Part shown: piece by piece, positions 45,911-53,774 of the stretch | How positions within the stretch are numbered: the stretch's first letter is position 1 | How the letters are laid out: each line of letters begins with the position of its first letter | Virus record (IMG/VR): IMGVR_UViG_3300046804_001439 | Span: 1-58,684 of that record | Strand: one strand, 5' to 3' | DNA from: a virus | Taxonomy: Duplodnaviria > Caudoviricetes | DNA length: 58,684 nucleotides | Program-made: the position numbers and the translations under genes | The notes under the pieces: generated by a model | Databases searched by the model: none | Seen by the model: only the letters and a program-made list of their open reading frames with translations | What the model was told of the DNA's origin: nothing

Positions 45911-45938
45911 AAAGGGGCTGGCGAAAGTCAGCCCTTTT
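45911..45938 (+). terminator. intrinsic terminator
   Basis: AAAGGGGCTGGC-GAAA-GTCAGCCCTTTTT. Confidence 0.75.
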
Positions 45939-45971
45939 TGATATAATGGCAGGTTCTAAGAAAGGCGGACA

Positions 45972-46256
45972 ATGAACAGTAAAGAAATCAAAGTAGGAGA
46001 ACTCCTAGCAAACTCAGTTGAAGACCATTGGTTCAACCCAGCAACGCTGGGTCATTATCTCAGTCAGCAACCACATTGGACTATCGACAGGGTAATGGAG
46101 GTCGTCTGCTGGATAATTGAGAAGAATGCTCGTATCTATGAGGCAAAGGCGGGGAAACAAGAAATCTCCGAAGGTCTAGCCTTGGCATATAAACTAGACC
46201 AAATCATAGATAAGATAAAAGAAGCAAATAACTTCAACAATATCAAACTGCCCTAA
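45972..46256 (+). CDS. hypothetical protein, last gene of plus-strand module
   Basis: TGATATAAT promoter; RBS AAAGGCGG. Confidence 0.65.
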   Translation: MNSKEIKVGELLANSVEDHWFNPATLGHYLSQQPHWTIDRVMEVVCWIIEKNARIYEAKAGKQEISEGLALAYKLDQIIDKIKEANNFNNIKLP

Positions 46257-46269
46257 ATAGAAACAAATT

Positions 46270-46317
46270 AAACCCAAGTTAGTATGCATAGCATTCTGAT
46301 TTGGGTTTTTTCTTTTT
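46270..46317 (+). terminator. terminator closing plus-strand module
   Basis: AAACCCAAGTTAG...CTGATTTGGGTTT followed by T-run. Confidence 0.65.
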
Positions 46318-46676
46318 CAAAATGTGGGCAGCTTTTCCCGTTTACGGGACATATATAAAATCCCTGAAAATTTGATCTAAATGAAATAAAAACTAATTAA
46401 ATGTATATAGAATCTCACATAATGAGATCCAAATCTGTCAAAATATGGGCCAAATTTGTCGTTTACGACCACATATAAAATGCCCCTGAAGCCTTGACAA
46501 TATGGGCCAAATATGCTCTTTACGACAATATGAAAAAAATCCCTGAAATGTATTGACAAGAATTGGTCAATATGGTAGCAAATTGGGATTACGTCTTATA
46601 TAATGAGATGGCCAATTACATGTATATATCTAAATATAATAATTAGTAATAATTGATAGTAATTTGATAACCATTT

Positions 46677-46703
46677 TACTCCACAATACTCCACTTTACT
46701 CCA
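46677..46703. repeat. 3x TACTCCA at 10-bp period next to AT-rich tract
   Basis: TACTCCACAA-TACTCCACTT-TACTCCA. Confidence 0.55.
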
Positions 46704-46765
46704 TTAAAAAGGGCATATAAAGCCCATACAAGGGAGAAAATGGGAGGGGGTAGGAGAAGTATTAG

Positions 46766-46900
46766 CTACTCTTCAAATGAAATTTGTGTAGCCCATATAG
46801 CGTCTTGATCCTTATCTTGAGCTATTCTTGGGCAATAATCTGGATTTCTATTACATCTTGGAAATAAAGAAGATTTATCGCATTTACATAGACTGGTCAT
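46766..46900 (-). CDS. 44-aa Cys-rich peptide
   Basis: MTSLCKCDKSSLFPRCNRNPDYCP... Confidence 0.45.
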   Translation of the reverse strand: MTSLCKCDKSSLFPRCNRNPDYCPRIAQDKDQDAIWATQISFEE

Positions 46901-47162
46901 TTTTATTACCTAAATATCCACCTATATTGGGATTCATCATCTCTTTGGATACTTTCTTGCCATTGGGATATGTATAATGTAATACTCCAGGTATACTGGT
47001 ATCGAGTATTACTTCTGTCCCCGCCTCAAAATGGTCTGAGCATACGAATTTAATCTCATATCCATATGCATTAATTCCAGTTGACTGCTTTTTACAGATA
47101 TGACATTTAGAGGTTTTGAGTTTATTTAACTCTCTTATTGCATCTAAATATCTTTGGGTCAA
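46884..47162 (-). CDS. hypothetical Zn-binding protein
   Basis: CHIC...CSDH. Confidence 0.55.
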   Translation of the reverse strand: MTQRYLDAIRELNKLKTSKCHICKKQSTGINAYGYEIKFVCSDHFEAGTEVILDTSIPGVLHYTYPNGKKVSKEMMNPNIGGYLGNKNDQSM

Positions 47163-47533
47163 CTATGAGCCTCTACGACAAATCCATTTTCACGATCAAA
47201 CATGACAAACTCCATAGATTCAACTGTAAAGTATTCCTTTAGGGTGTTTATAGCCTTATCTAGGTCTAAGCTTCCGCAGGTATATAGATCGAATTGTAGC
47301 AATCCTGGATTAGGCTCATCCCAAATATGAAAGGCAATATGGCTAGTTTCGATCATAACTATTGCGGTTAGACCCTTATTCCCTTCTGCATCTACATAGG
47401 ATGCAAATGGGCCTTTTATAATCTTCATATCAATTCGGTTGACTAAATCTTTTAGGAAATTAATTCCCTGTTCTTCTGTATTCATTGGATTGGTTACTTT
47501 AGCATTAACCAATAAGTGCTTATGAAATATCAT
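47159..47533 (-). CDS. speD: S-adenosylmethionine decarboxylase proenzyme
   Basis: GLTAIVMIETSHIAFHIW self-cleavage region and DLYTC. Confidence 0.8.
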   Translation of the reverse strand: MIFHKHLLVNAKVTNPMNTEEQGINFLKDLVNRIDMKIIKGPFASYVDAEGNKGLTAIVMIETSHIAFHIWDEPNPGLLQFDLYTCGSLDLDKAINTLKEYFTVESMEFVMFDRENGFVVEAHS

Positions 47534-47938
47534 TTATTTCTCCTTCTTTATTAATCTCCAGGCGTCTCCAGTTACTGGGTCTTCCTGCCATTCTGTATAT
47601 AGCCAATATGGATATCCTAGATTATCGTAGTCATCCCATGCTTCCCCGCTTAAATCCATATTCTCTAAATCCTCTTTTAGCTTAGCCATATCTAATTGAT
47701 ATAGAGTTCCCCAACGCATATATGGTCTACCAAGAATATCATATAATCTCCACCAAAGCTTCAGTCTGAAGTCATTCTGAAATACTCTTTCTTCCGCCCC
47801 CATATTATCTAATAGGTCATGTCTACGTAAACCCAGATAAAAGAACTTCATAGACAATGGCTCAAATAGGTAATTGGCCAGCCATCGCAATGGCAATATG
47901 CGTGTGTTCTGGATTTTAATAGAAATGTCTTCTCTCAT
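47534..47938 (-). CDS. hypothetical protein
   Basis: 134 aa ORF in operon. Confidence 0.6.
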   Translation of the reverse strand: MREDISIKIQNTRILPLRWLANYLFEPLSMKFFYLGLRRHDLLDNMGAEERVFQNDFRLKLWWRLYDILGRPYMRWGTLYQLDMAKLKEDLENMDLSGEAWDDYDNLGYPYWLYTEWQEDPVTGDAWRLIKKEK

Positions 47939-47957
47939 CGCCGCACTTTTCGCTTCA

Positions 47958-48467
47958 CTAATTGCGTGGTATATTCCATAATATTTCCTTATCTTTATTA
48001 TAATATCTAGCTAATACAAATAGTAGATCGGATAGTCTATTTAAATATATTGGGATTAGATCATTAATATTCTCGTATTCGGTTGCCCACCATACCTTTA
48101 ATTCAGCCCTGCGAACTACTGTCCTAGCAAAGTGTATAGAGCCTGTAGGGAGCACAAACGAATTTAATGGCTTTAGCAGGGCGTTAGTACCATCTATATA
48201 GGTCTCTAGTCTATCTATATATTCTTGTGTAATCTTAATCTTATCTGAACCACATAGGTCTGCTCCAAGATCGAATAGGTCATTTTGAACCTGATTAAAT
48301 ATTTTATAATTGCCATCTTGTGGAATTAATCCAATAGCTGAATTTGCTTCATCTACTGCTCCTAGAGCAATAATTATTGGACTGTCTTTCTTCTCCCGCC
48401 GATTATTTGCTAGAGAAGTGGTTCCATCATCACCAGTCTTAGTATAAATTTTAGTTAGATGAACCAC
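47958..48467 (-). CDS. PduO-type ATP:cob(I)alamin adenosyltransferase
   Basis: KIYTKTGDDGTT, GAVDEANSAIG, QNDLFDLGADL, ARTVVRRAE, YLNRLSDLLFVLAR. Confidence 0.92.
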   Translation of the reverse strand: MVHLTKIYTKTGDDGTTSLANNRREKKDSPIIIALGAVDEANSAIGLIPQDGNYKIFNQVQNDLFDLGADLCGSDKIKITQEYIDRLETYIDGTNALLKPLNSFVLPTGSIHFARTVVRRAELKVWWATEYENINDLIPIYLNRLSDLLFVLARYYNKDKEILWNIPRN

Positions 48468-48764
48468 TTACTCAACCTTTGCCATGATATGTTTATGGTT
48501 AATCAATAAATATTTATTTCCTTCTTCATCTTCAATGTCTGTACCTGTGTGGTCTGGGAAATATACTATGTCTCCAATTTTAAGTTCTGGAATAGAAACA
48601 AGGTCCCCTTTGTAATTGACTTCACCAATACCCATATCTACAATTGTTCCAGACTTTGGGCCATAGTCATTAAATGATGCAGAAATAACAAGTCCAGACT
48701 TTGTTGTTTTATCCTCTTCCTGCTTTTTTGTAATTAATAACATCCCGCCTATTGGTTTAATCAT
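48468..48764 (-). CDS. groES: GroES-like co-chaperonin
   Basis: IKPIGG, TTKSGLVI mobile loop, KIGD, YLLI. Confidence 0.8.
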   Translation of the reverse strand: MIKPIGGMLLITKKQEEDKTTKSGLVISASFNDYGPKSGTIVDMGIGEVNYKGDLVSIPELKIGDIVYFPDHTGTDIEDEEGNKYLLINHKHIMAKVE

Positions 48765-48859
48765 AGCATTTCCTTCCACTTATCTGTTTGTCTACATATT
48801 GGACAAAATAACATGCCCAATGGCTTTCCGCAATCACATTCTAAAACACTATTAGTCAT
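48761..48859 (-). CDS. 32-aa Cys peptide
   Basis: CDCG...CPIC; ATGA overlap with groES. Confidence 0.45.
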   Translation of the reverse strand: MTNSVLECDCGKPLGMLFCPICRQTDKWKEML

Positions 48860-48860
48860 A

Positions 48861-49004
48861 TTATTCGTCGTCTAATTCCACATCAAATGGATCACTTAAA
48901 TCTAACTGATTTAAACTTTCTAGAGATTTATATCCTAATATAGTAACTGCAATAAAGCTGGCTATTGCAATTAAAGCTAATGCCAATTTCTTGTTATTGC
49001 TCAT
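48861..49004 (-). CDS. 47-aa membrane peptide
   Basis: MSNNKKLALALIAIASFIAVTILGY...; RBS GGAGG. Confidence 0.55.
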   Translation of the reverse strand: MSNNKKLALALIAIASFIAVTILGYKSLESLNQLDLSDPFDVELDDE

Positions 49005-49264
49005 TTTGGATCCTCCATTATCATGTCTATAATTGCATAGCAGTCACATCCGCCATACCTACATTCAACCATTCGTAGGCCATACTTTCTTTCTTCGCCT
49101 TCTGCTGCCAATAAATGTTGTTCTTGAATAAGAGACGCTACTCTTTCTCGTTCTCTTTTTTCAGCTTTTTTACACCCATTACATGGACACTTCCAAATAG
49201 TTTTCTTATAACTAATCTGATCTCTAGGGTCTCGCCAAGCATTTTCTGCTGCTTCAAGATCCAT
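49001..49264 (-). CDS. hypothetical Cys-containing protein
   Basis: CPCNGC motif. Confidence 0.6.
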   Translation of the reverse strand: MDLEAAENAWRDPRDQISYKKTIWKCPCNGCKKAEKRERERVASLIQEQHLLAAEGEERKYGLRMVECRYGGCDCYAIIDMIMEDPK

Positions 49265-49496
49265 TTTTATTTTCTTCCAAATCTTCTACTAGGCTTTCGT
49301 ATCTTCGTTTCCAAGTTTCAGCTTTTTCTTCAGCATCTAACCATTGTGATTTCATAAAATCATGTTTTTCATATGCCTCATTTATAAGGTTCTGCATATA
49401 ATTAGTTTTAGATGTTATATCTGAATTAGTTGCTTGAGCTCTTCCTACAGCAATTCCAGAAAATAATATGATTAAATCCCAAAGGATCCCCCACAT
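49254..49496 (-). CDS. membrane-anchored coiled-coil protein
   Basis: N-terminal hydrophobic segment; promoter TTGACA-N18-TATAAT; atypical RBS GAGGCGG. Confidence 0.6.
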   Translation of the reverse strand: MWGILWDLIILFSGIAVGRAQATNSDITSKTNYMQNLINEAYEKHDFMKSQWLDAEEKAETWKRRYESLVEDLEENKNGS

Positions 49497-49625
49497 ATCC
49501 GCCTCTTTCTCTATGCCTTAATTATATAGGAAAGTCCAGGGTTTTGTCAATAGAATCATCTATTGTTTTGCTATGTTCTTTAACACAATTCCCGCACTCT
49601 TTACACATATTGCTCCAATAAAGAT

Positions 49626-49658
49626 CCCCATAGGCCCTAATTTGTAGGGCTTATGGGG
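49626..49658. terminator. hairpin/terminator
   Basis: CCCCATAGGCCCTA...TAGGGCTTATGGGG. Confidence 0.55.
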
Positions 49659-49666
49659 AATTGTAT

Positions 49667-49885
49667 TTATACCTTTTTAGATCTTCCAGTTCTTTTTTGA
49701 GGAATACTTGTTTCACGTCTGATGCCATGTTTATTGGTATCAATTCTTGTCAAAGCCCTTTTGTCCTGAACGCCTGATCTAAATTTACCTTGGCTTGGAT
49801 TTTTTCTTCCAACTTCTTGCGAAGTTACTGCTCCAGATGGTTGATTATTTGGAGGAGTATCCATACCTGTTCCATTATCACTCAT
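49667..49885 (-). CDS. basic low-complexity protein
   Basis: 72 aa ORF coupled to upstream peptide. Confidence 0.55.
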   Translation of the reverse strand: MSDNGTGMDTPPNNQPSGAVTSQEVGRKNPSQGKFRSGVQDKRALTRIDTNKHGIRRETSIPQKRTGRSKKV

Positions 49886-50039
49886 TAATAAATCTTTCTC
49901 TTTGTTCTGGAGTTGCAGTCATATTTAATGTAAGACCAGATTCTCCATCACGGGTAACATCAAGCATGCCTCCTGGGATTTTTGCATCTCCCATTCCAGT
50001 GCCTACTGTCTCCATCCCACAACCGCATTCAATGCACAT
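49878..50039 (-). CDS. 53-aa peptide with MCxxCGC start
   Basis: MCIECGCGMETVG...; TAATG coupling. Confidence 0.55.
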   Translation of the reverse strand: MCIECGCGMETVGTGMGDAKIPGGMLDVTRDGESGLTLNMTATPEQRERFINE

Positions 50040-50206
50040 TACATGTTCTCTGATTCTGGATATGCATTTGTTTCTGCACGATTACCCATTTCATATGAAC
50101 CTTCTGCATTAAAGCCTGCATTTCCTTGAGCTGAAACGTCCTTTGCAGGGAAAGCTGACTTCAATGGTTCTGTATAATTTACTGATGGTACATTATTTGT
50201 TGTCAT
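50039..50206 (-). CDS. 55-aa peptide
   Basis: RBS AGGAG; MTTNNVPSVNYTEP... Confidence 0.55.
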   Translation of the reverse strand: MTTNNVPSVNYTEPLKSAFPAKDVSAQGNAGFNAEGSYEMGNRAETNAYPESENM

Positions 50207-50256
50207 TTTATTCTCCTATAGGTTATTAGGCATTTTAGTTGCCTAAACCAATTATA

Positions 50257-50376
50257 TCATTTTTTATACTTGTCATGCCAATGATCAGAACATATTTCTA
50301 TCATTTTTGACTCTGTAGTAGTAAGATGAGTGGCTGGATTATTACATCCAGCCACCTCACATTTATTTTGCCCCAT
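50257..50376 (-). CDS. 39-aa Zn-finger peptide
   Basis: CEVAGC...CSDH. Confidence 0.5.
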   Translation of the reverse strand: MGQNKCEVAGCNNPATHLTTTESKMIEICSDHWHDKYKK

Positions 50377-50506
50377 TAGCTTTCTGTCCGTTATATCCAG
50401 TTTTTTTCTTATTCATTGATCCTGGTTTTTTAAATCCATTACCTTTAGGCATATTTGCTTGTCTTATTGCCAAAGATTTTTGAATTTTATCTAAATGTTT
50501 TCCCAT
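50363..50506 (-). CDS. 47-aa basic peptide
   Basis: MGKHLDKIQKSL...FKKPGSMNKKK; TAATG coupling. Confidence 0.5.
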   Translation of the reverse strand: MGKHLDKIQKSLAIRQANMPKGNGFKKPGSMNKKKTGYNGQKANGAK

Positions 50507-50712
50507 TACTTCTTTTTTGTAGTTTTCTTAGGAGCAGTTTTCTTAGCAGGAGTCTTCTTTGCTGGAGACTTCTTTGCTGGAGCCTTCTTTTTAGCTGCTG
50601 GCTTCTTTGCTGTTTTCTTCACAGTAGTTACCTTTCTTTCTGGCTCATCTAAAATTAGAGGAGTATGCTTTAACTCTTCTGGGAAAAGCCACTTTTTAAA
50701 TTTATTCCACAT
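50506..50712 (-). CDS. histone-H1-like Lys/Ala/Pro repeat protein
   Basis: KKTAKKPAAKKKAPAKKSPAKKTPAKK tail. Confidence 0.65.
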   Translation of the reverse strand: MWNKFKKWLFPEELKHTPLILDEPERKVTTVKKTAKKPAAKKKAPAKKSPAKKTPAKKTAPKKTTKKK

Positions 50713-50843
50713 TATTTTTTATCTATCTTTCTGATTATATAATCAATTACTAGTTGTGGCTTCCAGTCATTTGGAAGCTCAAGATTACGGATTTCTTTTA
50801 CTATGTCCCGTCGAACTTTATCCTGTATGTAATCTTCCACCAT
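50712..50843 (-). CDS. 43-aa peptide
   Basis: MVEDYIQDKVRRDIVKEIRNLELPNDWKP... Confidence 0.5.
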   Translation of the reverse strand: MVEDYIQDKVRRDIVKEIRNLELPNDWKPQLVIDYIIRKIDKK

Positions 50844-50907
50844 ATTATTCTATCATTTATATAATAAGGAGGCAAGACCTTAGTCCTGCCCCCTTATTAA
50901 AATTAGA

Positions 50908-51951
50908 TTACTTTACTAAAGTAACCTTAGCCTTAGGGTTCTTCTTGTTCCACTTAACAGCGAGAGCATTAAACGCCTTCTTAAGGTCAGCGATAGCCTT
51001 TGTGCTTGCAGCGGTTGCTGCTGCTGCATCAGCCTTTAGCTTAGCAATTTCAGCATCCTTAGCTGCTGAAGCCAATTTTGTTGCTTCATGAGCAGCCTTT
51101 TCTGCTGCCAACTGTGCTGCAATTGTTGCAAGTTCTGCTGTAATATCACGAACCTGTACAATCTTTACTGCTGAAGCAGATGGAGTGCTAAATCCAGTAA
51201 CTGCTGTTGCCATGTCTGCAGATGCAGCATATACAACGATTGTAACTGGGCCAGTTGCTGGAGCAACAAACTTAACGTCTGCTGAACCAAAATTTGTTAG
51301 GCCAGATCCAGTAGTTACTGTTGTTGAGTCTAATGTAGCACCATTAGCAATTGCTGAAATTGACTTTCCAGAAATCTTATTTCCAAATACGTCAACTGCT
51401 GAAATTGTTACAGTTACTGATGTACCTGCTGCTGCTGCGTCAACTCCACTTAGAACAAGGTTGTTGATCTTGTCAGTTGTGCCCTGTACAAAATATGTTG
51501 TTGTGGTTCCACCATTTGTAATGGATACTGAACCAATTGCTGTCGTTTTAGTATATACATAAAACGTTGCTGTTGTACCTGTACCAACATTTTGTGACCA
51601 AGTAGCAGCACCTGATGCTGCAGTCTTTGGTGAAGTGCTTGTTGCTACTGCATCAACAATTAAAGCATTTGTTGCAGAAACTGAAACAGATGTTCCAAGA
51701 TCTACTGTTGCGACGAACTTTACAACATCAACATTGTCTACAGAATTATCTGTAGGAACTGGACGTGTAATTGCGCTGGTTGTTGCTGTACCAGCAGTTG
51801 CTGGAGTATCATAATCAGCACCGCCAGCCTTTGCTGCGTTCCAAGTAGTTACTGCTACTGTCATAGGAGCAGCACTTGCAGGTGTTGCCACGAGTGTGCC
51901 CATAGTCATAGCTGCAACTACGGCTAGAGCGATTTTCTTAAATGACTTCAT
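50908..51951 (-). CDS. secreted Ig-like/S-layer-like surface protein
   Basis: Sec signal peptide ending ASA, Ala/Thr/Val-rich beta domains (VDVFGNKISG), C-terminal coiled coil and basic tail; flanking hairpins. Confidence 0.7.
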   Translation of the reverse strand: MKSFKKIALAVVAAMTMGTLVATPASAAPMTVAVTTWNAAKAGGADYDTPATAGTATTSAITRPVPTDNSVDNVDVVKFVATVDLGTSVSVSATNALIVDAVATSTSPKTAASGAATWSQNVGTGTTATFYVYTKTTAIGSVSITNGGTTTTYFVQGTTDKINNLVLSGVDAAAAGTSVTVTISAVDVFGNKISGKSISAIANGATLDSTTVTTGSGLTNFGSADVKFVAPATGPVTIVVYAASADMATAVTGFSTPSASAVKIVQVRDITAELATIAAQLAAEKAAHEATKLASAAKDAEIAKLKADAAAATAASTKAIADLKKAFNALAVKWNKKNPKAKVTLVK

Positions 51952-51999
51952 TTAATTTATTTCTCCTTATCATATCCACCCCTTAATGAGCGTGGAAAC

Positions 52000-52233
52000 T
52001 TAATTTGTGTACGAGTTCCGCCATTGAGACGGTGAGTGATTATCCTCAATTTCATTTTTCATATCAATGTCTTCGTACATTCGAACAACATGCATGCATG
52101 GATCCTGACCATCGTCAAAGCCTTGCATTTCGTGTTCGGACATTGGTAGTCCGTCATGTGTATAGCATACTGGAGGTCCACACCATCCCTTTTCTATCCC
52201 GTATGCAATCCATTCATCAAATGTTAAATCCAT
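52000..52233 (-). CDS. hypothetical protein
   Basis: GW-x-GPPVC-x-THDG...DPC-x-HVVR. Confidence 0.65.
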   Translation of the reverse strand: MDLTFDEWIAYGIEKGWCGPPVCYTHDGLPMSEHEMQGFDDGQDPCMHVVRMYEDIDMKNEIEDNHSPSQWRNSYTN

Positions 52234-52526
52234 TCTGCCAACTCCTTCATCAGGCGGTGTTTTGGCATTGCTCCCACTAAAGTGTGGACTGGATTTCCAT
52301 CCTTAAATAATACCATAGTAGGTATTGTTTGTATAGAGTATTCAGAAGTTTTTATCTGATTCTCATCAACATTTAATTTTCCAACCAAGAGTCGAGTTTC
52401 GGTTGAGAGTTCTTCTAATATTGGATTCATTTTTTTACATGGACCGCACCAGTCTGCCCAGAAATCCACCAATATTAGCGGGTTATCTTTAATTGTTTGA
52501 TCAAAATTTGAGTCAGTAATTATCAT
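52224..52526 (-). CDS. trxA: thioredoxin
   Basis: VDFWADWCGPCK, LNVDEN, IPT. Confidence 0.92.
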   Translation of the reverse strand: MIITDSNFDQTIKDNPLILVDFWADWCGPCKKMNPILEELSTETRLLVGKLNVDENQIKTSEYSIQTIPTMVLFKDGNPVHTLVGAMPKHRLMKELAEWI

Positions 52527-53017
52527 GCTGCCATCACCTTCAACATATGGGTAGGCCAATAATATTGGCATCTGTCACAGCAAGGCCTGTTGTTTTTATC
52601 TGTAACTGATGATGCAAACTCTGCATAAAAAATAGGATCTTTGCGATATAAATTTGCTTTATGTGTAGCATTTACACGCTTAATAGTTGTAGGATTAATA
52701 GCCCACAAAGGAGTCTCATCTCCCCAATTTAAAGATGCACGAGAGCGGGAAAGTTTTTCTAGGTTATCTTTATTTTTATCTGTTTTGATACCACGCATAT
52801 CTGCCAAAACAACAGCAGTCATAGCATAGCGATATAGCTCAGACTCCGCACCTTCCCACATTAAAACCGCTGGGTGATTCCGCCAGGCATTAGATTTAGA
52901 GTTTCCAGTTAATATATTAAGTATTTGATAGCACTCAAGTATTTGTTTATTTAGACGTTTATTGTCTAGAGCATCTAGGCTATCACGCTTAGATGCATAT
53001 GGTAGAAATGTTTGCAT
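52523..53017 (-). CDS. pyrimidine-dimer DNA glycosylase/endonuclease V-like protein (MSMEG_6728-like)
   Basis: MQTFLPY, LDNKRLNKQ, WRNHPAVLMW, H-x-x-NL-x-RKDP, YYWP. Confidence 0.8.
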   Translation of the reverse strand: MQTFLPYASKRDSLDALDNKRLNKQILECYQILNILTGNSKSNAWRNHPAVLMWEGAESELYRYAMTAVVLADMRGIKTDKNKDNLEKLSRSRASLNWGDETPLWAINPTTIKRVNATHKANLYRKDPIFYAEFASSVTDKNNRPCCDRCQYYWPTHMLKVMAA

Positions 53018-53058
53018 ATTCCTATTCTACTAAATAGACATAGGAAAAGTCAATACCC

Positions 53059-53271
53059 TTATGGCTTATCTTTTAATTCTTCTGCTGCTGCGTTAAATTT
53101 ATCCATGAAGCTTTGAATGACAAACAAAGTAGTTTCTTGTGCATTTTTACCAACGGCTTCTGAACTTAATTCATTCTTTTCTTCTTCTGGCATAGCGTTA
53201 TACCAACGCTGATATAGCTCTTTAGCAATATCAATAATTATTGATTCTAATACAGTGGTTTGATTTGACAT
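53059..53271 (-). CDS. hypothetical protein
   Basis: 70 aa ORF. Confidence 0.6.
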   Translation of the reverse strand: MSNQTTVLESIIIDIAKELYQRWYNAMPEEEKNELSSEAVGKNAQETTLFVIQSFMDKFNAAAEELKDKP

Positions 53272-53435
53272 TACTCTTTTGGCTTTCTATCGTACCACTT
53301 GCCAGCGTCAAGTCCTGGAAGCTTAATGCCCTTTGAATCAAGCAATGCTTGTAGGGTAATTTTTAAATATTCTGTTTCAAAATGTAGACGCATGACCTCT
53401 AATTCAAGCAATCTAAGTCTATCTCTTTTATTAAT
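53271..53435 (-). CDS. ~54-aa hypothetical protein (start uncertain)
   Basis: Open frame NKRDRLRLLELEVMRLHFE...LDAGKWY fills the gap; first codon at expected position is ATT. Confidence 0.4.
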   Translation of the reverse strand: MNKRDRLRLLELEVMRLHFETEYLKITLQALLDSKGIKLPGLDAGKWYDRKPKE

Positions 53436-53760
53436 TTTCTGACTCTTCTCTATCTAATGGTGTAGGTGCTGTTGCTAAATTTCCGCATTCAGCACAATAC
53501 ATATCTAAAAAGTATGTGGCAATCTCATATTCTTGAAAAACTACTTTAACAAGCCAAACTTGAGATCCACAAACACATACATGCGTGGGCCTTCCACGCA
53601 AATCCAAAGCAGTTACTTCTTCATCTTCTTGCTCTAGATCTTCTTCTTTATCTAAAATAACTATTTCATATTTTCTGATAAAGTTTTGAAATGAAACATA
53701 TCCTTTTACCATTATGGCTAATACAATAAAAACCATAGACAAAGGAATGATAGTTTCCAT
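53431..53760 (-). CDS. membrane-anchored Zn-ribbon protein
   Basis: N-terminal TM; PTHVCVCG...CAECG...APTP. Confidence 0.65.
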   Translation of the reverse strand: METIIPLSMVFIVLAIMVKGYVSFQNFIRKYEIVILDKEEDLEQEDEEVTALDLRGRPTHVCVCGSQVWLVKVVFQEYEIATYFLDMYCAECGNLATAPTPLDREESEN

Positions 53761-53774
53761 ATGTCTATTATACT

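Larger units (their letters stand above)
33219..46547 (+). repeat. 10 copies of tripartite motif GGG-N13-TTAYG-N15/16-CCCTGAA
   Basis: TTAYG at 33239, 34062, 35760, 37448, 39599, 40934, 42843, 46342, 46463, 46520. Confidence 0.75.

Noticed and set aside
31900-46600. CRISPR array or integron attC array
   Set aside because: Repeats are short degenerate motifs at irregular spacing; no constant repeat-spacer units, attC-type ends, cas or integrase genes
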